The notes beneath the pieces were generated by a model. It was not told the origin of the DNA. It saw only the letters and a program-made list of their open reading frames with translations, and ran no database searches. The position numbers and the translations under genes were made by a program. Below, one piece after another: positions 1 through 10,292 of a DNA stretch of 64,000 nt. Origin of the DNA: Treponema sp. (GTDB taxonomy: Bacteria > Spirochaetota > Spirochaetia > Treponematales > Treponemataceae); assembly GCA_014803985.1 (NCBI GenBank), contig JAAVAO010000024.1, forward strand, positions 20,006-84,005, written 5' to 3'. The stretch's first letter is position 1; every line of letters starts with the position of its first letter.

Positions 1-1063
1 TCAGCAGGGAAACCGTTTGCAATCCACCATCGGGATTCTTATTTAAAATTTTATCGGCGTTATTTAAAAGAGCAGATTTTTTTGCAAGAAAATCCGCAGC
101 ATCCTTTTCACATTGCGATACCGCTTCTTCATAATTATATATGCCGTCATCAGACTGCGAGCGTTTTTTCCAATATTTAAATCCCATGGAATAGCGCGGC
201 GTACCTTCAGAAACAAGGGGGGCTAAATACTCAAGAGGCGCATTCCCTCCCACATCCTTGTTTTTATCAAGATACACAGGATTTGCCGCATATCCCCCCT
301 CTTCAAAAATTTCAGAGTCGGTGCGAAAGTCGCGGGCAAAAACGGGAAGCGCATTTGAAAATCGCGCAGGTGAAAAAATACCATTTTTCGGCTCAATATC
401 AGAAAACAAAAAATTTCGCGCGTCAATAACAGTATAATTCATATCATACGCACGAATAATTTTTTCAACACGAGGATAATAGCCAAGCTCTGGAATCCAA
501 AATCCATCTGGCAACTCTCCAAAACTAGCACGATACGCATTTATTCCTGTTTCAACCTGTGCGCTTATAACCTCTGGAATGTCATTATAATGCGGGAAAA
601 AAATATCAGTTCCGCACGTTGCAAGAAGCTCTATAAACCCTTTCTTTTTGAACTCGTATATTTTTTTTACAATCTTTTGGTTGTATTTTAAAAAGCGCAA
701 TTTTGCCTCTTGAAATTTTTCAAGACAGAATTTCGCCGCCGATAAAAGATGAGGATTGTTCTCGCATCGTGCAATTTCCTTTTGACCAAGCGCAATATGC
801 TCGTCAAGCCACACAATATATTGATTTTGAATGACTGGATCTTCAAGAAGATTGCATAAAACGGGAGAAAGCACAAGGCATAATTTAAAATCAACACCAT
901 CTTCTATGAGCGACTCAATCATTTTTAAAAGTGGAATGTACACTTCTGTCAGTGCTTCAAAAAGCCTGTTTGTTTGAGCGGCAAATTTTCTTTCATCGTC
1001 TCCTGTATGCCTTATGTATTCTTGACTCGCATTCAGAAGCAATACAATCTTTTTATCAGCCAT
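1..1063 (-). CDS. GH57 family glycoside hydrolase / branching-enzyme-like (DUF1957) protein, runs off window start
   Basis: Manual translation from ATG at 1063: MADKKIVLLLNASQEYIRH...LFEALTEVYIPLL...IELLATCGTD...GFWIPELGY (GH57 nucleophile motif); sits downstream of a DUF4912 gene, a common pairing. Not in ORF track because the stop lies outside the window. Confidence 0.8.
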   Translation of the reverse strand, partial: MADKKIVLLLNASQEYIRHTGDDERKFAAQTNRLFEALTEVYIPLLKMIESLIEDGVDFKLCLVLSPVLCNLLEDPVIQNQYIVWLDEHIALGQKEIARCENNPHLLSAAKFCLEKFQEAKLRFLKYNQKIVKKIYEFKKKGFIELLATCGTDIFFPHYNDIPEVISAQVETGINAYRASFGELPDGFWIPELGYYPRVEKIIRAYDMNYTVIDARNFLFSDIEPKNGIFSPARFSNALPVFARDFRTDSEIFEEGGYAANPVYLDKNKDVGGNAPLEYLAPLVSEGTPRYSMGFKYWKKRSQSDDGIYNYEEAVSQCEKDAADFLAKKSALLNNADKILNKNPDGGLQTVSLL

Positions 1064-1088
1064 ATTCACACCATACTATTTTCTAAAC

Positions 1089-1760
1089 TCAAGAAAAAGA
1101 TTCTCTATGATTTTTATACTGTTGCAAAAGCAACTCTTCCATACCTGACAGTTTCATTATTTCAGAAAGATTATCATCTTTTCCAGGATGCGACTCAACA
1201 AGAAGAGATGTTCCCATTGGCATTTCAATAACGGCGGAAGAATCAAGAATGTCTATTATTCCATCGATATTAAAAAGCAAGTCTACACGAAAAAACTTTC
1301 TTCCCTGTGGCAAAAGAACATATTGTCCTGTATCCTTTTTTGAAATCGATATATCAAAAAACTCATCAGGCTTACCTTGCTCTCTTTCGGAAAAAGAATT
1401 AACACGAATATGCATATCGCTTATAAATGCATCATCAAGAGAATGACGATCTGCATCGCTTATATTCCAATAAATATACGCCCATGCAGGATTTCTCAAA
1501 ATTATTTCAACTTCTGTGGAATCGTAGGAACGGATAGGCACATCATCAGTTTTTTTTGGATACAACGCTTCATCAACAAAAATCATTTCAGAAGAATCGT
1601 CTTCATTCTCCGCCTCTTCAGCGCATTCCAAAATTTCGCCAATCAGGAAATTTCTATTAAAACTTTCAGGCACATCTATGCCATATTCATCCGCTATGTC
1701 TTTTAACTCGTTGTATGAAAAACGTTCAAGCTGCACTCGGTTAATATCCCTTTTTTCCAT
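1089..1760 (-). CDS. DUF4912 domain protein with Rho-N-like N-terminus
   Basis: ELKDIADEYGI N-terminus; Y..TEV.II.RNP.WAYIYWNIS DUF4912 signature; ATG at 1760 preferred over TTG at 1808. Confidence 0.8.
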   Translation of the reverse strand: MEKRDINRVQLERFSYNELKDIADEYGIDVPESFNRNFLIGEILECAEEAENEDDSSEMIFVDEALYPKKTDDVPIRSYDSTEVEIILRNPAWAYIYWNISDADRHSLDDAFISDMHIRVNSFSEREQGKPDEFFDISISKKDTGQYVLLPQGRKFFRVDLLFNIDGIIDILDSSAVIEMPMGTSLLVESHPGKDDNLSEIMKLSGMEELLLQQYKNHRESFS

Positions 1761-1833
1761 AAATGTTATATTCTCAAAAAAACACTTGTTAATCAAGAGC
1801 GATACCAATTATTTAGTCTAAATTTATATTTTT

Positions 1834-2386
1834 AGGAAGGTTTAAAACAGGCAACTAAAATTGAGTTGCCTGTTTTAATGACGAGTTTCTTCCGAAACTC
1901 GCTTATTTACTGCCGTTTTTCATTTCATTGCAAAACGGCTTTTTCAGCAACTCCCGAATCTGAAGATTCGGGAGTTGCTGAAAATTAAGGAAGGTTTAAA
2001 ACAGGCAACTAAAATTGAGTTGCCCGTTTTAATGCGAGTTTTCTTTGAAAATATAAAAAACACTCGCAAAGGCGCAGGGAAAAAGGCAAAATCGCTCTGA
2101 TTGTGGTCGCTGCGGTAGCAGTGAAAAAAATCCTTGCCACAATGAGCGCGAAATGCGCAAGCGCATGGTTTTGCTTTTTTCAAATGCAATGACAATCCGC
2201 TAGGTCAGTTTTGATAGCGAGGCATACAAAACTGGGTAAGCAGGGCTTTGCCCTGCGACCGTAAGCCGAGGAATTAAAAGTAGAAGAACAATGTATCTTT
2301 CGCCACTGCAACTAGAAGAGTGTTTTTTCTATCTTTTCAAAACGCGCTCATTGCGAATGCATTTCATTGCAAAACGGCGTTTTCAA
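1834..2386 (+). repeat. Modular palindromic repeat, long copy
   Basis: Hairpins TTAAAACAGGCAACT-N7-AGTTGCCTGTTTTAA (twice), TTTTCAGCAACTCCCGAATC-TGAA-GATTCGGGAGTTGCTGAAAA and ATTGTGG..CCACAAT; near-identical to 54976-55312 and 58270-58750. Confidence 0.95.
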
Positions 2387-2427
2387 CGCGTGAAATCGAG
2401 GTTATGAGCGAATGTCTTTTTAAATCG

Positions 2428-3573
2428 TTATGGTAAAACCGCATCAAGATTAACGCATATAAAACCACTTCGGGCAGTCTTAAAAAACGAAGTTTCTTCC
2501 CAAGAGGCATAAAGACGAGACGCTGATATTGTAAATCCTGAGTAAACAAAACCCGCAGGCAGTTTTGGAAGTCGAATTGCAATATTTTTCCCTGCGTTCA
2601 CAACTTTTCCTCCTGGAATCGCGCCATTAAAAAACATAGTGCCGTCTTCAAAAAGCGCACCACACCACACATCGGAAAGAATTGCCTTTGCAGAAAGAGA
2701 ATGCGTTTCATGTATGTTTGCGCTAGAAATATACGTGCGCGGAGAATGCCCGCCTGCTGTATAACACACAACCATATAATCAGTGTTATGCGGAATAGAC
2801 TTCAGGAGATGCAAAAGCCTGTCAGGGGCATTTTTTATCGGCATCGGAGATTGCGCCCTTCTAAACTGTTCCATACTTGACGAAGTGATAAAAAGCGAAG
2901 ATTCTGCTGTTTCAGGAGAAATAGAGACAAGTGGCTTTTTTGCCTGAAACGAAACATAAGAAAAATCAACTTTTTGTGCATCATCAGTCTTAACGCTGCA
3001 CGTCCATACATCTCCATCCCAAACAAAATCTGTTATTTCGCTTGAACTATCGAATCCAAAATTTTCAACAGTCAAAATAGGATATAAAATTTTTTGTTCA
3101 GAATTAAACTGAATTAAAAACGGATGAATTGCATTTACGCGCGTTGAGGCATTGTTAAAGAATGCACTTCTATATACTGAAAAAAGAGGAACATTATCTT
3201 CAAAAACAATATTTCCCGCTGTTCTGCGGTCAAAAAGCATTGAATCTCCACAAAGCTCAATGTTCTCGCCATCAAACACAAGCACGCCAAGCCGATTGAC
3301 AATTGCAAATCCCCGTGCGGTTTTTTCATTATTGCCAGCCTCACAAGAAATTGAAGAAATACGAACCGCCTCTGTCCACGGATACTCCGGCATCGCCATT
3401 GACAAAGCAAGACGTTCTATTTCCTTGAAAGAGCCATCAAAAAAATAATACCACTTAAACGAAGATTCAATTACAGGAATATCATCCTGCACAACAACAG
3501 GCTTTTTTTTGCATGAAACAAAAAAAGCGGAAAACACACATAAACCGATAAAAAGACAAAATATTTTTTTCAT
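2428..3573 (-). CDS. Hypothetical lipoprotein
   Basis: 381-aa ORF, MKK + hydrophobic stretch + FVSC lipobox. Confidence 0.75.
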   Translation of the reverse strand: MKKIFCLFIGLCVFSAFFVSCKKKPVVVQDDIPVIESSFKWYYFFDGSFKEIERLALSMAMPEYPWTEAVRISSISCEAGNNEKTARGFAIVNRLGVLVFDGENIELCGDSMLFDRRTAGNIVFEDNVPLFSVYRSAFFNNASTRVNAIHPFLIQFNSEQKILYPILTVENFGFDSSSEITDFVWDGDVWTCSVKTDDAQKVDFSYVSFQAKKPLVSISPETAESSLFITSSSMEQFRRAQSPMPIKNAPDRLLHLLKSIPHNTDYMVVCYTAGGHSPRTYISSANIHETHSLSAKAILSDVWCGALFEDGTMFFNGAIPGGKVVNAGKNIAIRLPKLPAGFVYSGFTISASRLYASWEETSFFKTARSGFICVNLDAVLP

Positions 3574-3585
3574 TATTCTGCAAGT

Positions 3586-4428
3586 TTATAACGGTATGGA
3601 ATTTATGGCAAGTACAATTCTCTTTTCTTTTTTCAAAAATGTAACAAAAATTTCATACACAAACCCATTGCAAATGGAAATAAATTCACGCTGTTCATTA
3701 TAAGGCAAAACGAAACTTTCTCCAGCGAAATTTTCAGGAACATAAGAGCCTAACATTGACGTGCAAGACGAAAGCTCCTGTTTATTTGACGATACTTTCA
3801 AGTCAGAAAGAGTTATAGACGTTACATTTGATTTTGCCTGATTTACATATGACGTGCTGAAAGACCCGTTTTGTATTCCTGAAAAAATTGTATCATGATT
3901 GCAATTCCACGGGTTATAGTATTGTTTATCTTCAGGATTTTTCTCTGCCTCCTCGTATTTTGCTTCAACAGTTTGCGTAAATTTTTGCCAGTTGAATTGT
4001 TTGGCAAGGGCGGAAATTTCATCTAGCGCGTAGTTTGCATTGCACGCATACAATTCCCACAAAATTTCTGAAGAAAACCCCTGCAAGTAAGAAATCGTTT
4101 CCTGATATGGATAAATGCACCCCGCAGGTTTAAAGAAAGGTGCATTATGGTTTGCATCAATACTTGTAATGGGATAGGCAAGAATTGCAGTCACCCGATC
4201 AAAATCAACTTCTAGCGTTACCGTGCGGCTTACATTCCCAGCAAGAACAGATTGTTCACCACGTCCGTCAGATGTTTTTACAAGCCAATATTCAAGTCCA
4301 ACACCCAAAGAGTCATCCCATTCAGGCAGAGAAAACGCAACGCTCTTTTCGCCAAAAACAGATTTGCACCCGAAAAATGTAAATGCCGCCACAAAAAATG
4401 CAGCAAAATAAAAATACTTTTTCTTCAT
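3586..4428 (-). CDS. Hypothetical lipoprotein
   Basis: 280-aa ORF, FFGC lipobox, 12 bp from next gene. Confidence 0.75.
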   Translation of the reverse strand: MKKKYFYFAAFFVAAFTFFGCKSVFGEKSVAFSLPEWDDSLGVGLEYWLVKTSDGRGEQSVLAGNVSRTVTLEVDFDRVTAILAYPITSIDANHNAPFFKPAGCIYPYQETISYLQGFSSEILWELYACNANYALDEISALAKQFNWQKFTQTVEAKYEEAEKNPEDKQYYNPWNCNHDTIFSGIQNGSFSTSYVNQAKSNVTSITLSDLKVSSNKQELSSCTSMLGSYVPENFAGESFVLPYNEQREFISICNGFVYEIFVTFLKKEKRIVLAINSIPL

Positions 4429-4589
4429 ACTATATATATAGTAGCGGAAGGGGAAAAAACGGCAATTTTTTTCAAAAAAATGCTGTTTTTTATCTACAAA
4501 AAATATGATTCACCCTTTTGCAACAAGAGCGTTGTTTCACGGCGTATCACCAGTATATAGCAGGTCAAAATTTGAGTTTTACACTTTAT

Positions 4590-4745
4590 GTTATGAGGGG
4601 CGTATTGATACGTAAGCGAAGCAGTCAAAACTGGGTAAGCAGGATAGTATCCCGCAAGTGAAAGCTGAAGAATTAAGACTGAAAAACAACGAATCTTCCG
4701 TCAGCCCTGCAATTGGAAGTCAAGAAATAAAAATGCCCCTCCCTG
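4590..4745 (+). repeat. Degenerate copy of the modular repeat
   Basis: AGCGAAGCAGTCAAAACTGGGTAAGCAGG...GAATTAAGACTGAAAAACAA...CTGCAATTGGAAG matches modules at 2215-2320; enclosed by GAGGGGC/GCCCCTC arms. Confidence 0.7.
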
Positions 4746-4820
4746 CACTTTCCGCCACGAAACTGCATATTTGACTTTAAAACCTGTCAATTTTCCAAAA
4801 TCAATTTCTTTTAAAATGAA

Positions 4821-4849
4821 AAAAGGCTCTAGAAAAATCTAGAGCCTTT
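4821..4849 (-). terminator. Intrinsic terminator after tRNA-Asn
   Basis: AAAGGCTCTAGA-N4-TCTAGAGCCTTT stem followed by T-run on minus strand. Confidence 0.8.
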
Positions 4850-4922
4850 CGGCTGCTGCAGGTTTTGAACCTGCGACACATGGATTAACAGTCCATTGCT
4901 CTACCAGCTGAGCTAAGCAACC
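4850..4922 (-). tRNA. tRNA-Asn(GTT), CCA not encoded
   Basis: Reverse complement GGTTGCTTAGCTCAGCTGGTAGAGCAATGGACT-GTT-AATCCATGTGTCGCAGGTTCAAAACCTGCAGCAGCCG folds as a cloverleaf. Confidence 0.95.
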
Positions 4923-4992
4923 TTATTCCGTGCAAGGAATGTATGAATTATATTCAACTTAACAAAAATAGTCAATAGTGTTTATGAATATT

Positions 4993-5327
4993 TTCCTTAA
5001 TTTTCAGCAACGAGTAAATCTTCAGATAGAAAAAACACTCTTCCAGTTGCAGTGGCGAAAGATACATTGTTCTTCTACTTTTAATTCCTCGGCTTTCGCC
5101 TCCAGTTTTGTACGCTTCGCTATCAAAACTGGCTAAATGCATTCGCAACATGCGCTTGCGCATTTCGCGCTCATTGTGGCAAGGATTTTTTTCGCTGCTA
5201 TCGCAGCGACCACAATTAGAGCGATTTTGCCTTTTTCCCTGCGCCTTTGCGAGTGTTTTTTATATTTTCAAAGAAAACTCGCATTAAAAACAGCAACACC
5301 AATTTTGTTGCTGTTTTTAAACCTTCC
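4993..5327 (-). repeat. Modular palindromic repeat copy
   Basis: Reverse complement of 54980-55285, including CCAGTTTTG-TACGCTTCGCTAT-CAAAACTGG and ATTGTGG..CCACAAT modules. Confidence 0.95.
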
Positions 5328-5351
5328 ATTTCTTGCAGTAAGTTCTTTCCA

Positions 5352-8300
5352 TTAATTTTTATTCAAAATAAACTCAACGCGTCGGTTTTTCCAGTTATTG
5401 TCCTTGTCCTTATAGTCAACCACCAGTTCCGTGCCGCCCTTGCCTTCCGTAGAAAGCCTTGAATCACTCACACCCTTTCCAACAAGATATTGCTTCACGT
5501 ATTCGGCGCGGCGAGCAGAAAGCGGAATAAGAGCAGGTCCCCAAAGACGCATGTTGTCTTCCGTTTCTTCAGCCTCATTGTCAGTAACGCGATTTGCATG
5601 TCCTTGAATGGTTACCTTATAATCCTTGAATTTATTCAAAATCTCTGCAATTCTCTTCAAAACACGCTCGTTATTATCTGCCTGTTCCTTTGTAATACCA
5701 GACTTAATGACCTTCCCTGATGAATCGAGCTCTTGCACTTTGAAATCCGCACTGTCACTTCTGAAAATGATAGACGGAACCGCCATTTTCAAAAGATCGC
5801 CATCACGAATAACAAGCACATCTATTGCTACAACACCCTTCACAACGCTTGTCATTCCAAGTGCATCTGTCACCGTGAAAGTATACGGATAATCCATTGC
5901 AGACTGTACCCTTTCCGCCTTGCCTTTTGCATTTTTTTGGATATTAGACAGACCGTCCCAAATGATTCTCTCTGTAATTGAAGTGTTTCCCTTTGTCGTC
6001 CAGAAAGGTTTTCCGTTCGGATCATTTATCACGAAATTCCAGTTTTTGATTGAAGACGTAGTTTCCCCTGAAAGACGGATAAACAAATCATCGTTTTCAC
6101 CGTCATTGTCAGGACTAAAGTATTCGGGCGCAGTTTTCACGGAAAGAACAGGCGGTTTTACAGAGCATACAAACGGAGACGAAAGGGCTGAAACCCTGTT
6201 TCCCTTTTTGTAGACCACACGCAAATCACCAGCAAATATTCCCTCGGCAGTTTTTCCCTCTCCATCAAGTCCGTCCCATGTTATGCTCGCAGGTAAGTTT
6301 GCACTATCTTTATCAGACCAAGAACGAACAGTGCCTCCATCTGCATTTTTTATATCGAAATTCCAAGAAACAATGCCGTCCTTTACAGACGCTTGAATAT
6401 TGAAAACCTGAGTATCAAGAAATGCATCGGCATTTGGAGAAAAACCTTCGTATTCCGCAGTCACATAAACCTTTGTTTCCCTCGTATCAAGATGTATATT
6501 CGCAATTTTTGTACTAAATTCATTTCCCGCTTCATCTTGAGAAGAAATTGTTATTGCATACATACCGTCAGGAGCCCTGTTTCCTGTTGCGTCAGAGCCG
6601 TTCCACTCAAATTCATCCTTTCCATTTGTAGCAATTTTATCTTTCCAACTGTATGATTTTACAACCTTTCCCGATGAATCGGTAACATCTGCCTTCCACA
6701 ACGCTTCTTTTGTGCAATCAGAAACTGAAACTGGTATTGTATCTTGGTATGAATCTCCGTCAGGTGAAAAATCAAGCCAGGGAACAGAAGCCAAAACGCT
6801 TGGAGGAACGGTGTCTATAGCAAATGGAGAAGTAGAAGCCTCGGCGACAGAGCCGTTGTCAGATACAACAGAAAGTCTTGCTGTATAATTTCCATCAACA
6901 CATACTATTCCGTTTTCATCTTTACCATCCCAAGAAAGAGATGAAGGCAACGCCCCTTTCCCCTCAAACGTTTTTACAGCGGTGTCGTTTTGTCCAATGA
7001 TAGAAAAAGAATAGTTAACAATAGTATCTGCATCCTTTACAATGGGGCTGAACGCTATACTTCCCTTTGATTTTGCAGAAGTCGGATTAAACGCCGCTGT
7101 ATCCGCAGAAAGAAGCACTTTTGCAGACTTTGTATTCAATTCAAAAGCATTCGCCGTTGAAATCACGCCAACATTTCCCGCAAGATCAACTGCACGAAGC
7201 TCAAATTTATATTTTCCATCGGGAGCAAGACTTCCGTTTGACGAAAATCCGTTCCAAGTGATAAAGTCCGGTGGAAATTCGCCAAAATCATATTCGCGAA
7301 CAGAAACATCAGGATTTTTCTCGTCATATATACGTCCATACCAGGCAGGAACTGCGGCATATTTCCCCGCGGCATCAGGAAGCATTGAGATTTTCACTTC
7401 TGTTTTAGCCCCTGCGCCAAAAACCTTGTCCGAAACAGAAAGAATTGCAGAAGGCTTTATTGTGTCAAGAATAAATTCAGGAGACTTTACGACCGCCGGC
7501 ACATATCCATTTAAATATGCCGCTTCCACCACCGCATAGTATTTTCCTTGTGGTAAAATGCGCCCATTATCGTCAAGCCCATCAAATTCAATTTCTTCTG
7601 GCGGAAGGCTGTAATCATTTTCAATGGCGGAAGGATCAGAAAGAGCGTTGTATGTGTTTTGATTGTACGTTTTGCAAACCGCTCCCTTTTCATTTTGAAT
7701 TTTCACAGACCAAGAGGTTAAACGATTAACACTCCCTTCTTCTGGAACAGGAATGAGAACAGAAAGTTTTATTGTAGAAAGACGGCTCTCCGTCTTTGGA
7801 GAAAAATATTGAGAGCCAACTAAAAAAATGTTTGTGGCAGGTTTTTCCCCTGAATAAATAATATTGGTGACCGCCGCAGGCTCTGAAACATTTCCCGCCC
7901 TGTCCGTTGCTGAAACAGTGTATGAATACACGCCGTCAGGAACAGTCTGTCCGTTAGAATCCGTTCCATCCCACGTTAAAGTCAACGGCTCGGAATTGTT
8001 CCATTCAAATGTCTTCACCACATCTCCTGAAATATTTTTGAAGCTGCCCACCCATTTGTCCTCTGGAGAGCCCGTTTGAGAAATGCGCAGGGAAGATTTT
8101 ACACCCTCTCCAAAAATTTTGTCCGCGGGCTGTTTAAGAGCAACCATCGGAGGAACAGTGTCAATAACGACAGGATAAGAATCTGTTCTCCCCTCGTTTC
8201 CGTTGTCATCAACAGCCACAAAGTAGTAAAAATAGGTTCCGTCGGGGGCAGTTTCACCATTGTCCATTGCTCCGTTCCAAGAAACAGACGAGGGAACATC

Positions 8301-8615
8301 AACACCCGCCTTTATCGCTCCCAGTTGCTTAAAGAATCCTTTGAAACTCAACTTTGACGGAAGGGCGACTTTATTTCCAATTGTACGAACAACATTCCCC
8401 CCCTCATCAGTGATAATCAATTGCCACGATGTGACGTATCTTTTATCAGAAATCTTGAGCGGGATTACAAATTCGTCTAAAACTCCATCATTATTTGGAG
8501 AAAAATATCGTTCCTTTTTTTTTGTCTTTTCGTCACCTTTTTGGGCAAAAAGAATTGACGACAGAAACAATAAAACAAAAGCAAAAATTCCAAAAAACCT
8601 GTATGTATAGTGCAT
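5352..8615 (-). CDS. Exported FlgD/Ig-like (FSPNxDG, CHU_C-like) repeat protein with C-terminal OmpA peptidoglycan-binding domain
   Basis: GGGAGG RBS and ATG at 8615, signal peptide ending LFA-Q; repeated FSPNxDG / WDGxDxxG..PDGxY motifs; C-terminal GHAN...LSARRAE..NRRVEF OmpA motif. Confidence 0.9.
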   Translation of the reverse strand: MHYTYRFFGIFAFVLLFLSSILFAQKGDEKTKKKERYFSPNNDGVLDEFVIPLKISDKRYVTSWQLIITDEGGNVVRTIGNKVALPSKLSFKGFFKQLGAIKAGVDVPSSVSWNGAMDNGETAPDGTYFYYFVAVDDNGNEGRTDSYPVVIDTVPPMVALKQPADKIFGEGVKSSLRISQTGSPEDKWVGSFKNISGDVVKTFEWNNSEPLTLTWDGTDSNGQTVPDGVYSYTVSATDRAGNVSEPAAVTNIIYSGEKPATNIFLVGSQYFSPKTESRLSTIKLSVLIPVPEEGSVNRLTSWSVKIQNEKGAVCKTYNQNTYNALSDPSAIENDYSLPPEEIEFDGLDDNGRILPQGKYYAVVEAAYLNGYVPAVVKSPEFILDTIKPSAILSVSDKVFGAGAKTEVKISMLPDAAGKYAAVPAWYGRIYDEKNPDVSVREYDFGEFPPDFITWNGFSSNGSLAPDGKYKFELRAVDLAGNVGVISTANAFELNTKSAKVLLSADTAAFNPTSAKSKGSIAFSPIVKDADTIVNYSFSIIGQNDTAVKTFEGKGALPSSLSWDGKDENGIVCVDGNYTARLSVVSDNGSVAEASTSPFAIDTVPPSVLASVPWLDFSPDGDSYQDTIPVSVSDCTKEALWKADVTDSSGKVVKSYSWKDKIATNGKDEFEWNGSDATGNRAPDGMYAITISSQDEAGNEFSTKIANIHLDTRETKVYVTAEYEGFSPNADAFLDTQVFNIQASVKDGIVSWNFDIKNADGGTVRSWSDKDSANLPASITWDGLDGEGKTAEGIFAGDLRVVYKKGNRVSALSSPFVCSVKPPVLSVKTAPEYFSPDNDGENDDLFIRLSGETTSSIKNWNFVINDPNGKPFWTTKGNTSITERIIWDGLSNIQKNAKGKAERVQSAMDYPYTFTVTDALGMTSVVKGVVAIDVLVIRDGDLLKMAVPSIIFRSDSADFKVQELDSSGKVIKSGITKEQADNNERVLKRIAEILNKFKDYKVTIQGHANRVTDNEAEETEDNMRLWGPALIPLSARRAEYVKQYLVGKGVSDSRLSTEGKGGTELVVDYKDKDNNWKNRRVEFILNKN

Positions 8616-8793
8616 ACTTTTCCTCCCATAAAAAGTCAAGAAAGAAAGTTGCAACTTTCTTTCTTGACTTTTTATGCCACTTCGTAATGAAATGAGAAGT
8701 GGCATTTGATATACAAGTTTCCAACGGAAACTTGTCATGATAAAAGTATCGCGCCATTTGTGCGGTGCTTTTATCATGTCTTTAAAAAATACA

Positions 8794-9858
8794 TTAGTCC
8801 TCATCTGTCCACAGTTGAATGACAGGGGCTTGCACATCTTGCTGCCCCAAATAAATACGCGCACCCGCAGAAATTGCCTGTATATGCTCATATTTTTGTT
8901 GCCAAGCGGCAGACACAAGCATTTCACTTGAATCCCAACTGTGACTCCGTAAATATTCGCTATTTTTCGCATTAAGATTAAATTTCACGCCAAGACTAAC
9001 AGCAGGAATCACGTCCAAACAAGAATTTTTAATCTCCATAACGTCAATTGTTTCTGCAATACTTAAGAAAAACGTGTCTTTAACAGAAAATTGCAATCCC
9101 ATATCAAACGCAATATCTCTAAAACAAGGCAGTGAAATGTCAAAAGAAAAGCCAAGAGTAAACTGATTGGTATCCACAAGAAGAGAGGCAACGCCTGTCC
9201 GAACCGTCACAAACGAAGGAAACATATCAGCCTTTTTGCCTTTATCAATAGGTACAACGTCAACTTTATAGTATTTTCCAAGATTCAACAGCGATCCCCC
9301 AAGACGAAAGTCCTTTAGAAATCCCAGTGATTCTCTGCGATACAGCACTCCAACATCCGCGCCTAAACTCCAATCCTTATCGTTGTCGCCATGAGCCCCC
9401 CACAAAACACCTCCGTTCAATCCAAGTCCAATGCTAAAATGTTCTGAAATCTCTTTTGAAAGCGCGGCATGAATGGCAAGGCTGTCTGCAAGATCCATAT
9501 TTACAGAATCACAAAAGACACCGTTTAAAAATCCGCTTGCCACAAAACGCTTTGTAGGAATTAAAATTCCCGTTTGAAATGCGGCGTTGAATGCATGAGA
9601 ATCGCGCGCGTCAGTTGAAATCAACGCAGTAAAATCTGCATCAAGTTGACTTCGCTGCTCAAGGGCGGTAAGGGCAGGATTACATGCGATAGCGTCAGGA
9701 CCAGGCATAAAAAGCCCGCCTCCAGCACTCGATGCCGCCGACGCCAACTGTGTGGGAGAAGAAAGTTTAAAAATATTCATTCCTCCCGCAGGCGGATTAT
9801 ACGCAAAAACAGATGCGGCGGCAAAAGCAACAACCGCCCATAAAATCTTTTCTTTCAT
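8794..9858 (-). CDS. PorV/FadL-like (UPF0164-type) outer-membrane beta-barrel
   Basis: Signal peptide; S..LA..A.......DAI..NPAL N-terminal motif; alternating amphipathic strands; GxDxG.LY and G.SL.NLG motifs. Confidence 0.7.
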   Translation of the reverse strand: MKEKILWAVVAFAAASVFAYNPPAGGMNIFKLSSPTQLASAASSAGGGLFMPGPDAIACNPALTALEQRSQLDADFTALISTDARDSHAFNAAFQTGILIPTKRFVASGFLNGVFCDSVNMDLADSLAIHAALSKEISEHFSIGLGLNGGVLWGAHGDNDKDWSLGADVGVLYRRESLGFLKDFRLGGSLLNLGKYYKVDVVPIDKGKKADMFPSFVTVRTGVASLLVDTNQFTLGFSFDISLPCFRDIAFDMGLQFSVKDTFFLSIAETIDVMEIKNSCLDVIPAVSLGVKFNLNAKNSEYLRSHSWDSSEMLVSAAWQQKYEHIQAISAGARIYLGQQDVQAPVIQLWTDED

Positions 9859-9967
9859 TTTAGGCTCTCCAAGCATCTCCAAGAGGAGTTATAATTTATA
9901 AAAAGTCCTTATGATAAATATACAGCGAATTTGCGAAAAATGCTAGCAAAATAGGAAACGTAAAAGA

Positions 9968-10180
9968 AGAAAGAAAAACATTCTTCCAGTTGCAGGGGCG
10001 AAAAGTACAGTGTTCTTTTTCTTTTAATTTCTCGCCTTACGGTCGCAGGGCAAAACCATGCGCTCGCGCATTTCGCGCTCATTGTGGCAAGGATTGTCTT
10101 TTCGCTGCTATCGCAGCGACCACAATCAGAGCGATTTTGCTTTTTTCACCGCGCCTTTGCGAATATTTTTTATATATAAA
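9968..10180 (-). repeat. Modular palindromic repeat copy with internal deletion
   Basis: Reverse complement of 2050-2330 with the segment between GGTTTTGC and TTTGCCCTGCGACC missing. Confidence 0.9.
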
Positions 10181-10292
10181 CAAGGGGTTTGTACTGGTAG
10201 CGGAGTTTCCAGCCGTTTGTCATCACGAGGACGGCACTCCCAAAGATACACAGTGCAATGACATCCGCCTTGTCCGCAGCGGTTTTGATTCC

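Noticed and set aside
8616-8972. N-terminal 119 aa of the 1206-aa ORF
   Set aside because: Overlaps the upstream barrel gene; RBS and signal peptide indicate the start at 8615.
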